DNA from: Methanomicrobia archaeon
GTDB taxonomy: Archaea > Methanobacteriota_B > Thermococci > Methanofastidiosales > NM3
Direction: 5' to 3'
NCBI GenBank assembly: GCA_030603445.1
Contig: JAUVXU010000003.1
Coordinates: 23,059 to 87,058, forward strand
DNA length: 64,000 nt
Shown in pieces: positions 45,646 through 54,633 of the stretch. Made by a program: the position numbers and the translations under genes. Each line of letters opens with the position of its first letter. The first letter of the stretch is position 1. The notes under the pieces were generated by a model. It saw only the letters and a list, made by a program, of their open reading frames with translations. It was not told where the DNA came from and searched no databases.

Positions 45646-46608
45646 ATGAGCAACATGAACTTTGAAAAACCTTGGACAGAGAAGTATAGGCCACAGACAC
45701 TTGACGAGGTAGTAGGAAGGCCTTATATCATTGAGCGCCTGCGCTCATATGTTGAGCGAAAGAATATGCCGCACCTCTTATTCGCAGGGCCTTCGGGTGT
45801 TGGGAAGACAACATGCGCCCTTGCCCTGGCAAGAGAAATGTATGGGGAGTCATGGCACCAAAACTTCCAGGAAACAAACGCTTCTGATGAGAGGGGCATA
45901 AACGTTGTGAGGGAACGCATAAAGGACTTTGCAAGAACGATGGCGCTAGGCGGTAACTTCAAGATAATATTTCTTGACGAATCGGATGCGCTTACATCTG
46001 ATGCCCAAAACGCACTGCGAAGGACTATGGAAATATACACCTCTACTTGCAGATTCATACTATCATGCAACTATTCCTCAAAAATAATTGCACCAATACA
46101 ATCACGCTGCGCCGTCTTTAGATTCGGCCCTCTTGCAGAAGACGCTATCGAGGAGAAACTAAGAAGGATAGAAGAAAGTGAAGGCATTACAATTACCCAA
46201 GACGGCATTGAAGCAATAAAGTATATTGCCGAAGGAGATATGCGAAAAGCAGAGAACATATTGCAGGCTGCGGCATTTCTTGGAAAGGAAATAAACCATG
46301 AGCTTGTATACCAGGTATCATCTCGCGCCCGCCCTGAAGAGATAGAGGATATGATACAAGCCGCAATAACTGGGAACTTCATGGCAGCCAGAAAACTTTT
46401 GGATAGTTTACTAATTGATAAGGGGCTCTCCGGAGAGGACATTATCACACAAACACACAAACAAATCATCTCACTAGACATCCCGGAGGATATAAAAGTA
46501 GATTTCATAGACAAGATCGGCGAGCATGAGTTCCGGTTGGTTGAAGGCGCCAACGAGCGCATACAACTTGAGGCGCTCCTTGCCAGAATATCCAAAACAC
46601 AAAGGTAA
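45646..46608 (+). CDS. rfcS: replication factor C small subunit
   Basis: 320 aa; PWTEKYRP, GPSGVGKTT, LDESDALT, SRC motif IQSRCAVF. Confidence 0.95.
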   Translation: MSNMNFEKPWTEKYRPQTLDEVVGRPYIIERLRSYVERKNMPHLLFAGPSGVGKTTCALALAREMYGESWHQNFQETNASDERGINVVRERIKDFARTMALGGNFKIIFLDESDALTSDAQNALRRTMEIYTSTCRFILSCNYSSKIIAPIQSRCAVFRFGPLAEDAIEEKLRRIEESEGITITQDGIEAIKYIAEGDMRKAENILQAAAFLGKEINHELVYQVSSRARPEEIEDMIQAAITGNFMAARKLLDSLLIDKGLSGEDIITQTHKQIISLDIPEDIKVDFIDKIGEHEFRLVEGANERIQLEALLARISKTQR

Positions 46609-46610
46609 GA

Positions 46611-47951
46611 ATGATGTTTAACGAAGAGTATCGTCCTAGATCCTTTAAAGAAATACATGGACAAAACAAACCACTAAAAGACATCATAGCATGGCTTAAC
46701 ACATGGCCAAACGACAAGAAGGCACTGTTAATACACGGCCCTTCTGGTGTAGGAAAGACTGTTGCAATATATGTTATCAAAAATGAGATGGACCTAGACT
46801 TAATAGAGCTCAACACGTCTGATACCCGTAATGCAGAGACCATATCAAGAATAGTTGGGAATGCTGCAAGCTCAAAAGCACTCTTCTCAACAAAGAAGGC
46901 CATCCTAATTGATGAGGCAGACAACATAAAAGGGCGCTCGGATATTGGGGGGATCCGTGCCCTTGCAAAAGTTATTCAAGAAACGGAAAATCCCATCATA
47001 CTCCTTGCTAACGACCCGTATAAGCTGCCTATATCGATAAAAGACCTTTGCAATATCATACGTTTCAACTCACTAAGAAGCGCAAGCATAAGAAACAGGC
47101 TTAAAGAGATAGTTACAGCAGCGAACATAAAGATAAGTGAAGATGTCTTAAAGGAGCTAGCATCTAAATCTGCAGGGGATATGAGGGCAGCGATAAACGA
47201 TCTAGAATCGCTTGGCCGCACCATCTACCAAGAAGACGTTGAGCAGCTGTTTGACAGGGATGTTAAGAACAGCATATTCGAAGGGCTTACAGCTATCTTC
47301 AAAAGCAAAGGCACATCATGCCGGAAAGTATTCTATGATATTGACATGCCTCCTGAAGAGATACTTTACTGGATAGATGAGAATATGCCAAGAATTTATG
47401 ATCCCCGGGACGTGGCATGCGCATACTACTATCTCTCCCGTGCCGATGTCTTCCTTGGCAGGGTGAACAAAAGACAATATTATCGCCTATGGGCTTACGC
47501 TTCTGACCTAATGACAGGTGGCGTATCTGTATGCCACAAATACAACGTTAACTTCGCACGCTACGAGTCCCCGGGTTACTTCAAATCACTAGGAAGAACG
47601 AAAGCTAAACGAAAGCTAACGAAGTCTGCCCTTTTCAAGATAGGTGCAAAGACACACTCATCCACATATGACGCCAAAGCGTTCCTGCCAATGCTAAACT
47701 ACGCATGTATAAAACCTGAGAGCGGTGTAAATGTTGCCCGCTACTTCGGATTTGACCCTGATGAGTTGGAACTTGTCTGCCCAAAAACAGCAAAAGACAT
47801 CTTATCTTTAATAAAAAAAGAGGAAGCAAAGATAAAGCAGCTTGAACAAAAGGCCAGGAAGAAAAAGGAAAAAGACGAGGAAAAAAAGAAACCACAGATA
47901 AAAAAATCCTCTTCAGTAAAATCCCAGCAAACATCTTTATTTCAATTCTAA
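46611..47951 (+). CDS. rfcL: replication factor C large subunit
   Basis: 446 aa; HGPSGVGKT, IDEADNI, Lys-rich C-terminal tail ending with a PIP-like QQTSLFQF. Confidence 0.9.
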   Translation: MMFNEEYRPRSFKEIHGQNKPLKDIIAWLNTWPNDKKALLIHGPSGVGKTVAIYVIKNEMDLDLIELNTSDTRNAETISRIVGNAASSKALFSTKKAILIDEADNIKGRSDIGGIRALAKVIQETENPIILLANDPYKLPISIKDLCNIIRFNSLRSASIRNRLKEIVTAANIKISEDVLKELASKSAGDMRAAINDLESLGRTIYQEDVEQLFDRDVKNSIFEGLTAIFKSKGTSCRKVFYDIDMPPEEILYWIDENMPRIYDPRDVACAYYYLSRADVFLGRVNKRQYYRLWAYASDLMTGGVSVCHKYNVNFARYESPGYFKSLGRTKAKRKLTKSALFKIGAKTHSSTYDAKAFLPMLNYACIKPESGVNVARYFGFDPDELELVCPKTAKDILSLIKKEEAKIKQLEQKARKKKEKDEEKKKPQIKKSSSVKSQQTSLFQF

Positions 47952-49012
47952 TGCAAAAACAGCTTTAAATTTCTCATAATTACAGACAATGTTTTAGGAT
48001 TTAACAAAAATGTTTTGATGGCAGTGGAATGCTTCTCGAAGTCTGCTTCTGCCTCTATATATTTCTTCTTTTCCATTAATACGGAAAAAAGAAGACTCAA
48101 ATCGTTCTTGGAAATGTGTTCGTATAGCCTGCGGGCGGCAAGCCCTAAGCGAATTTCTCGGCCAAATTCCTTGTTCCAATATTTTTGGTAACGTTCTGGT
48201 GCGCCCTCGCCAACAGCCTTTGCAAGCAGTTCTGCACCACGCAACCCATAATAAAGTCCGCCTCCTGTCGTGGGTTTTGTCTGTGCCGCAGCATCCCCCA
48301 AGAGAAAAGCGCCATCCTTGACAAGCTCCGCTCTTCCAACAGGTATCGGCGCCTGTATAAAATCTATGACCTCGCCCTTGATGCCAAACTTCTCTCTCAT
48401 GGCATCTACGCCTTTCATGCTTCCGATAGCACCAACGCGCACGATACCATTTCCTTCTGGTATTGCCCATGAGAAAAAAGGTCGATTTATATCAACAATT
48501 ACCATATGTTCATCCTCAAGCTCTGTCCTTATCCTCTGCTGGCATCCCGAGAAGTAACGTATGCTGCTTTTCATTTCCAATGATTTTCTCACTATTGAAA
48601 CTGGGCCATCGGCACCTATGATGGCATCGGCACAAATCGATGAGCCGGGCGTTTTAATATGAAACTTTCCAGAGGGATCCTTGGCCACCGACACGACCCG
48701 TTGATCATACTCGATAGAGATATCAATTGCAAAAGACCTGTCAAATCCGTACCTGTCAAGAACAAAAGCCACGTTTTTTCGCTTAAGGAAAAACCCAGTG
48801 TCATTTAGAAAAATATGCGCACCGTCGATATTATTAATGACATGGCGAGATCCAAATTTATCCACAAGCTTCTTTCCCACAAGCCCGGCGCAATGTATCG
48901 GGGCACCCACCCTGTCGTGCTCCTCAAGGATTGTGACCTCATGGCCTTGCTTCAAAAGCAACTGTGAAACATGCAACCCGCAAGGCCCGGCACCGACAGT
49001 TACAAACTTCAT
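47948..49012 (-). CDS. geranylgeranyl reductase family (digeranylgeranylglycerophospholipid reductase-like)
   Basis: MKFVTVGAGPCGLHVSQLLLKQGHEVTILEE FAD-binding motif. Start taken at the Met at 49012; the track ORF extends to 49084. Confidence 0.85.
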   Translation of the reverse strand: MKFVTVGAGPCGLHVSQLLLKQGHEVTILEEHDRVGAPIHCAGLVGKKLVDKFGSRHVINNIDGAHIFLNDTGFFLKRKNVAFVLDRYGFDRSFAIDISIEYDQRVVSVAKDPSGKFHIKTPGSSICADAIIGADGPVSIVRKSLEMKSSIRYFSGCQQRIRTELEDEHMVIVDINRPFFSWAIPEGNGIVRVGAIGSMKGVDAMREKFGIKGEVIDFIQAPIPVGRAELVKDGAFLLGDAAAQTKPTTGGGLYYGLRGAELLAKAVGEGAPERYQKYWNKEFGREIRLGLAARRLYEHISKNDLSLLFSVLMEKKKYIEAEADFEKHSTAIKTFLLNPKTLSVIMRNLKLFLH

Positions 49013-49096
49013 CAAAGGAGAGTTAACAATAGTATATAAATAATCCACTGGTAACTTCAAATCCAAAAACAATATGTAAAACAAAAAGAGAAAAAA

Positions 49097-49666
49097 CTAC
49101 ACTTCATCATATCTAAAACAGGAAGTCAGATGATCATTTACCATCCCGATTGCCTGCATAAAAGAGTAGCATATTATTGGACCTACAAACTTGAATCCTC
49201 TCTTTTTTAGGTCTATGCCCATATCCTCGGCTTCCTGGATAAATGTAGGGACGTCAGCAAAAGAGGAGTAGTTATGCTTGATCTGCTCTCCATTAACAAA
49301 CCCCCAAATATATGCATCAAAGCTTCCATATTCTTCTTGCACCTCAAGGAATCTTTTGGCATTTGTAATTGCGGCACGTATCTTGAGCTTATTACGTATG
49401 ATGCCTGAATTGCCAACAAGCCTTTCAAAATCCTTTTCTGTATATGTGGCCACTTTCACGGGATCGAAGTTGTCAAATGCCTTGAGGTAGCTTTCGCGCT
49501 TGTTAAGCACTATCTCCCAGCTCAATCCAGCCTGGACGCCCTCAAGAATAAGAAACTCAAAAAGTGTCCTGTCATCGTGGACCTGAACACCCCATTCCTT
49601 ATCATGATACGCCTGATATAATGGATTTTTCGTTCCCCAACATCGTATTTTTTCTTTCATATGCAA
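49097..49666 (-). CDS. tag: DNA-3-methyladenine glycosylase I
   Basis: 189 aa; YHDKEWG motif, Tag family. Confidence 0.9.
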   Translation of the reverse strand: MHMKEKIRCWGTKNPLYQAYHDKEWGVQVHDDRTLFEFLILEGVQAGLSWEIVLNKRESYLKAFDNFDPVKVATYTEKDFERLVGNSGIIRNKLKIRAAITNAKRFLEVQEEYGSFDAYIWGFVNGEQIKHNYSSFADVPTFIQEAEDMGIDLKKRGFKFVGPIICYSFMQAIGMVNDHLTSCFRYDEV

Positions 49667-50006
49667 GAGATGTGTTTTATGAATTCATAAGTGTTCCTAA
49701 TTATCGTTGAAAAGAAACAATTGTGTAGACTTCTTCCCTTTTCTTTATTATTTAATAATAAGTTATATCATGCATTTATTACTTACAAAACCAAGGCCTT
49801 TTTGTAATAATTAACTAAATAGCAAGTCCGATGGACTCAGGGGGCTAAATTTACCGAAAAGTATAATAAGCACCAAAATCTTTTTTTGAAAGTGATATCC
49901 ATGGACATGAGTAGCGATACTGGCGAATGTTTTTTGCTGCAAAAACGATGATAACCTTATACCAACACCTAATTCTGATTCTATGATAAATAATGTGGTG
50001 GGTTAA

Positions 50007-52832
50007 ATGACATTAGAATCCTTAGAATTCAACAAACTTGAAAAGAAATGGCAAGCAAGATGGGCTAAAGATAATATTTTTGAATCAGACCCAGATAGCA
50101 GGGAAAAATTCTTTCTAAACATACCTTACCCCTACATGAATGGCTTTTTACATATGGGGCGCCTATTCACATATCTTAGGGGAGAAGTTCTTGCACGATA
50201 CAAGCGCATGAATAACTATAACGTGCTTTTCCCGTTTGCGTTCCATTGTACTGGGAGCCCAATAGTAAACGCCGCTAAGCGCATAGCTGAGGGAGAAGAG
50301 AAACAGGTAGATATCCTAAAGAAAATGGGCATAGAGGATGACCAGATACCTAAATTCTCCAGTCCCAAATATTGGACAGAATTCTTTCCTTCAAAAACAA
50401 AGGAACACCTGCAAGCCATGGGGCTTTCAATTGACTGGCGACGCTCATTTATTACCACCTCCCAAAACCCCCACTATGACAATTTCATCCAGTGGCAGTT
50501 CAGGACCCTTAAAAAGAAAGGTTATATCGTCAAAGGTGCTCACCCTGTAATTTGGTGTAGCAAATGCCAAAATCCAGTAAGCGACCACAGCAGACTAGAA
50601 GGGGAAGGAGAAACTCCGCAAGAGTTCACTCTACTAAAGTTCAAGTATGGCGACGAATACATTATTGCAGCAACTCTTCGCCCGGAGACCGTGTTTGGCC
50701 AGACAAATCTATGGGTCGACCCTGAAGAAGAATATGTGCGTGCAAAGGTCGATGAAGAGATATGGATAATCTCCATGCCAGCCGCACAAAAGCTTGCAGA
50801 CCAGGAAAAGGAAGTTGAGATATTAGGAACTGTAAAAGGGAGCGAGATAATAGGCAAGAACGCTATTGCCCCTGTAATAGAGAAGTCAATCCCAATACTG
50901 CCATCAGCGTTTTGCAATCCATGCAAGGGGACTGGCATAGTTACGAGCGTGCCATCAGATGCCCCGGATGATTGGATGGGATTAGTGGACCTTAAAAATG
51001 ATCCTGAAATGCTTGCAAAGTATAACATAGATAAAAAAGAAATAGAGAAAATAGAGCCTGTATCTATCTTAATCTCAAAAGGATGGGGTCCGTTCCCTGC
51101 AAAAGAGATCTGCGAGAAGATGTGTATAAAAAATCAGCATGACCGTGAAAAACTCACCATGGCAAAGAAGGAAATATACAAGTCTGGATTTTATACAGGT
51201 ATCATGAACAAATCCTGCGGGAAATATGCTGGAATGAGTGTTGAGGAAGCAAAGGAAAAAGTAAAGCAGATGATGCTTAAAACAGGCGATGCAAGCGTTA
51301 TGCATGAACCATCAGGCGATGTTATATGCAGATGCCTAGTCAATTGCACTGTAAAAATAGTGCGCGACCAATACTTCATAGCCTACGGCGATCCAGAATG
51401 GAAGAAGCTTACGCACAAGGCATTCTCAAACATAAAATTCTATCCTGAGCTTATTCACAAGCAGTTCGACTACGTGGTGGATTGGCTTAACAATTGGGCT
51501 TGTACAAGAAAACTTGGGATTGGCACTAAATTACCCTGGGACGAGAAATGGATGATAGAATCACTATCGGATTCTACCATATACATGGCATACTACACCA
51601 TCGCCCATAAAATAAGTGAGATAGATCCCGAAAAGATTTATGATGGATTCTTTGACTATGTCTTCTTAGACAACGGACCAACTTCACTTGAAGTGGCAGA
51701 GGAGATTGGAAAGGATGTACAGTTCGTAGAGTCGCTAAAGACCGAGTTCAACTATTGGTATCCTTTTGATCTTAGAACATCTGGAAAAGACCTTATACAA
51801 AACCACCTCACATTCTGCATATTCAATCATACAGCCATCTTTCCTGAGAAACACTGGCCCCGGGGCATAGGCGTCAACGGTTGGCTCTTAGTTGACAATG
51901 AGAAGATGAGCACTTCAAAAGGAAATGTCTACTTATCAAAAGAACTAGGCGAGAAATACGGGGCAGATGTTGTGCGCATTGGCCTAATGTACAGCGGGGA
52001 GGGTATTGATGATCCAAACTGGGAAACAAGCTTCGTAGAAGGTGTTGGAGACAAACTCACAGCATGGTACAACTTTGCCACACAACACTACAACAAGGGG
52101 CGCGAGGATGTTCAGTATATAGACAAATGGTTTGAGTCCATCGTACTAAACCTCATGGCAGAAGTAAGTGTATCGATTGAAGAGATGATGTATAGGACTG
52201 CCATCCAAAAGGGTTACTTTGACATGCAACGTGCTCTCAAGTGGTACTTACGCAGGACAGAAGTTCCAAACAAGGAGCTTATCAGCAGGTTCATAGAAGT
52301 GCAGACAAAACTCCTAGTGCCATTTTGCCCGCATGTGGCAGAGGAGATATGGGAAGCTATAGGCAATCATGAGTTCATATCAACTGCTGCATGGCCAACT
52401 CCATGGGCAGAACCAGACGAGAATATGATTGCAGCAGAAGATTATATCAAGGATGTAATAGATGACATAAAAGAGATAATAAAGGTCGCAAAAATAGAGA
52501 ATCCAAACACAGTATATATCTACACCACCCCCTCATGGAAATGGGACGTCGTTAAAATAGCTACAGATGTGCAGGATATGAAACAAGCAATGGGGCAGGT
52601 CATGCAAGATGAAAAGATGAGAAAGCATGGCAAAAAGGTTTCTAAGTTCTTAACGACCATCATCAAGAACAGGATGTTTATGGATTATATAGATGAAAAA
52701 AGCATACTAACACAAGCAAGATTATTCGTATCAAAAGAGATTGGGGCGAAAATAGAGATAGACACAGACTATGATCCTGAAAACAAAAAAGATATTGCAA
52801 TGCCTAGAAGAGTGGCAATCTATATAGAGTGA
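50007..52832 (+). CDS. leuS: leucyl-tRNA synthetase (archaeal type)
   Basis: 941 aa; PYPYMNGFLHMGR, KMSTSKGN, CP1 editing insert. Confidence 0.95.
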   Translation: MTLESLEFNKLEKKWQARWAKDNIFESDPDSREKFFLNIPYPYMNGFLHMGRLFTYLRGEVLARYKRMNNYNVLFPFAFHCTGSPIVNAAKRIAEGEEKQVDILKKMGIEDDQIPKFSSPKYWTEFFPSKTKEHLQAMGLSIDWRRSFITTSQNPHYDNFIQWQFRTLKKKGYIVKGAHPVIWCSKCQNPVSDHSRLEGEGETPQEFTLLKFKYGDEYIIAATLRPETVFGQTNLWVDPEEEYVRAKVDEEIWIISMPAAQKLADQEKEVEILGTVKGSEIIGKNAIAPVIEKSIPILPSAFCNPCKGTGIVTSVPSDAPDDWMGLVDLKNDPEMLAKYNIDKKEIEKIEPVSILISKGWGPFPAKEICEKMCIKNQHDREKLTMAKKEIYKSGFYTGIMNKSCGKYAGMSVEEAKEKVKQMMLKTGDASVMHEPSGDVICRCLVNCTVKIVRDQYFIAYGDPEWKKLTHKAFSNIKFYPELIHKQFDYVVDWLNNWACTRKLGIGTKLPWDEKWMIESLSDSTIYMAYYTIAHKISEIDPEKIYDGFFDYVFLDNGPTSLEVAEEIGKDVQFVESLKTEFNYWYPFDLRTSGKDLIQNHLTFCIFNHTAIFPEKHWPRGIGVNGWLLVDNEKMSTSKGNVYLSKELGEKYGADVVRIGLMYSGEGIDDPNWETSFVEGVGDKLTAWYNFATQHYNKGREDVQYIDKWFESIVLNLMAEVSVSIEEMMYRTAIQKGYFDMQRALKWYLRRTEVPNKELISRFIEVQTKLLVPFCPHVAEEIWEAIGNHEFISTAAWPTPWAEPDENMIAAEDYIKDVIDDIKEIIKVAKIENPNTVYIYTTPSWKWDVVKIATDVQDMKQAMGQVMQDEKMRKHGKKVSKFLTTIIKNRMFMDYIDEKSILTQARLFVSKEIGAKIEIDTDYDPENKKDIAMPRRVAIYIE

Positions 52833-52962
52833 TCCACTCTATTTAACCTCTTTTTTCACCAGGCAACGTGAGAGATCATTCTTTTTTTAAAATAACGATG
52901 TGAATTGTTGTTCCACAACTTTCCAAAATATTTATAATAATCTTCATATTTTACATTTTAGT

Positions 52963-53871
52963 ATGTATGATGTTGTCATAGTCGGAGGGGGCCCCGGGGG
53001 CCTCACAGCAGCACTTTACTGTATCAGGTCAAACTTGAATACACTTCTCATTGAAAAAGAGTTTATTGGAGGGAATGTGTCCTACGCAGGTTTAATTGAA
53101 AATTATCCTGGTTTCCCCGAAGGAATAAAAGGGTTCGAACTAGGACAAAAAATGGAAAACCAAGTAAAAAATACAGATGTTGAGATAAAATATGGTGTAG
53201 TCAAAAAAATTGACTTTAAAAACATGAAAATAATTCTTGAAGATGAGGATATCAAGACCTCATCTATCATCCTGTCCCCTGGGCTTACCCACAAGAAACT
53301 TGATGTTCCAGGCGAGGAGAAGTTTATTGGCAAAGGCGTAGTCTACTGCACTACATGCGATGGCCCGCTTTACAATGGGAAAAAGACGGTCGTTGCCGGA
53401 CGGGGAATTCCAGGAATAACGGCCGCCTTGTATCTCGACGAGATTGCAAAAAGCGTCATACTAGTTACTCCCACCAAGGAATTAAAGGCAAAAGAAGCGA
53501 TATATCTTGACAAAATAAATGCAAGCAATGTTAAGGTCATCACAAATACCACGATAAAAGAATTACAAGGGCAAAAAATGCTTGAGAAGGTAGTTATAAA
53601 GCACAAGGACAGCGGCGAGGAAAAAGTCCTTGATGCAGATGGGATCTTCGTTAACATAGGAAAAATACCAAACACAAAATTCCTTCATGAGGGTGGTATT
53701 GCTCTTGACAAAAAAGGATTTATCGTAATAGATGCTACCCAGAAGACTTCAATTGATGGGGTCTATGCCATAGGCGATGTGACAACAGACCCATATAAAC
53801 AGATATCTACTGCAGTCGGTGACGGTTGCAAGGCTGCACTTAATATTGCAAAAATACTAAAAGACAGGTGA
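52963..53871 (+). CDS. trxB: thioredoxin-disulfide reductase
   Basis: MYDVVIVGGGPGG, redox CTTCDG, GDV motif. The track ORF starts at a GTG at 52900; the ATG at 52963 is more likely. Confidence 0.9.
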   Translation: MYDVVIVGGGPGGLTAALYCIRSNLNTLLIEKEFIGGNVSYAGLIENYPGFPEGIKGFELGQKMENQVKNTDVEIKYGVVKKIDFKNMKIILEDEDIKTSSIILSPGLTHKKLDVPGEEKFIGKGVVYCTTCDGPLYNGKKTVVAGRGIPGITAALYLDEIAKSVILVTPTKELKAKEAIYLDKINASNVKVITNTTIKELQGQKMLEKVVIKHKDSGEEKVLDADGIFVNIGKIPNTKFLHEGGIALDKKGFIVIDATQKTSIDGVYAIGDVTTDPYKQISTAVGDGCKAALNIAKILKDR

Positions 53872-53875
53872 ATAC

Positions 53876-54469
53876 ATGAACAAACGCATAATTCTTACAT
53901 TTTTTTTATTAGCAGGCTTGCTCTTATCAGGGTGCATTTCAGGAGGGAGTGAAGAACCCTCACCAACAGCCGCCCCAACTACCACCATAGCTCCGACAAC
54001 GCTGCCGCCGACAACAGCGCCTACGGTAACGGTAACTCCACCGATAATATATGGTAATGTAACATGGCAATACTATGATGATGCAGTTGCACAATCTGTT
54101 GATGAAAACAAGCATGTTTACGTATACATGTGGCGCCAAAGCTGCCCCTATTGTGATATGATGAAAGATCGCACCTTCAAAGATCCGGATGTTGTTGCGT
54201 ATCTTGAGGAGAACTTTGCCGTAGTTGCTGTGAACGTCTGGTCAAATGACCCGATATCTTCAAAAAATCCAGGATTGTCAGGTGCTTATTTAGGGAGTGC
54301 TTTTGAAATTCCTGGCGCGCCATCATCAGGTTTCATAGACCCAGATGGCATCCTAATAGGTCCAATTCCAGGATACAAGGATTCTGAAGAGTTCTTATTA
54401 ATATTAGAATACGTTGCAACGGATTCCTATAAAAGTATGACCTACCAACAGTTCATAGACTCCAAGTAA
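53876..54469 (+). CDS. secreted/lipobox thioredoxin-fold protein (CPYC)
   Basis: 197 aa; signal plus LLSGC lipobox, Thr/Pro-rich linker, WRQSCPYCDMM thioredoxin-like active site. Confidence 0.7.
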   Translation: MNKRIILTFFLLAGLLLSGCISGGSEEPSPTAAPTTTIAPTTLPPTTAPTVTVTPPIIYGNVTWQYYDDAVAQSVDENKHVYVYMWRQSCPYCDMMKDRTFKDPDVVAYLEENFAVVAVNVWSNDPISSKNPGLSGAYLGSAFEIPGAPSSGFIDPDGILIGPIPGYKDSEEFLLILEYVATDSYKSMTYQQFIDSK

Positions 54470-54633
54470 CCTCATGCATATCATGAAATCCATGATTTTG
54501 TATTGTGAATACTTTAACAATAAAAATATAAAAAAGAGCTATTCCCACATATTTCCACAAAGATACTTTTAAATGAAAATTAATATAAAAGAGTAAAAAG
54601 CTTTTATAATATAGAATCGGACTGTGAAAGTAT

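Noticed and set aside
49930-50006. A possible C/D-box sRNA upstream of leuS (GATGATA ... CTGA ... ATGATAA).
   Set aside because: The C box is imperfect (not RUGAUGA), only one CTGA is present, and there is no terminal D box or terminal stem.
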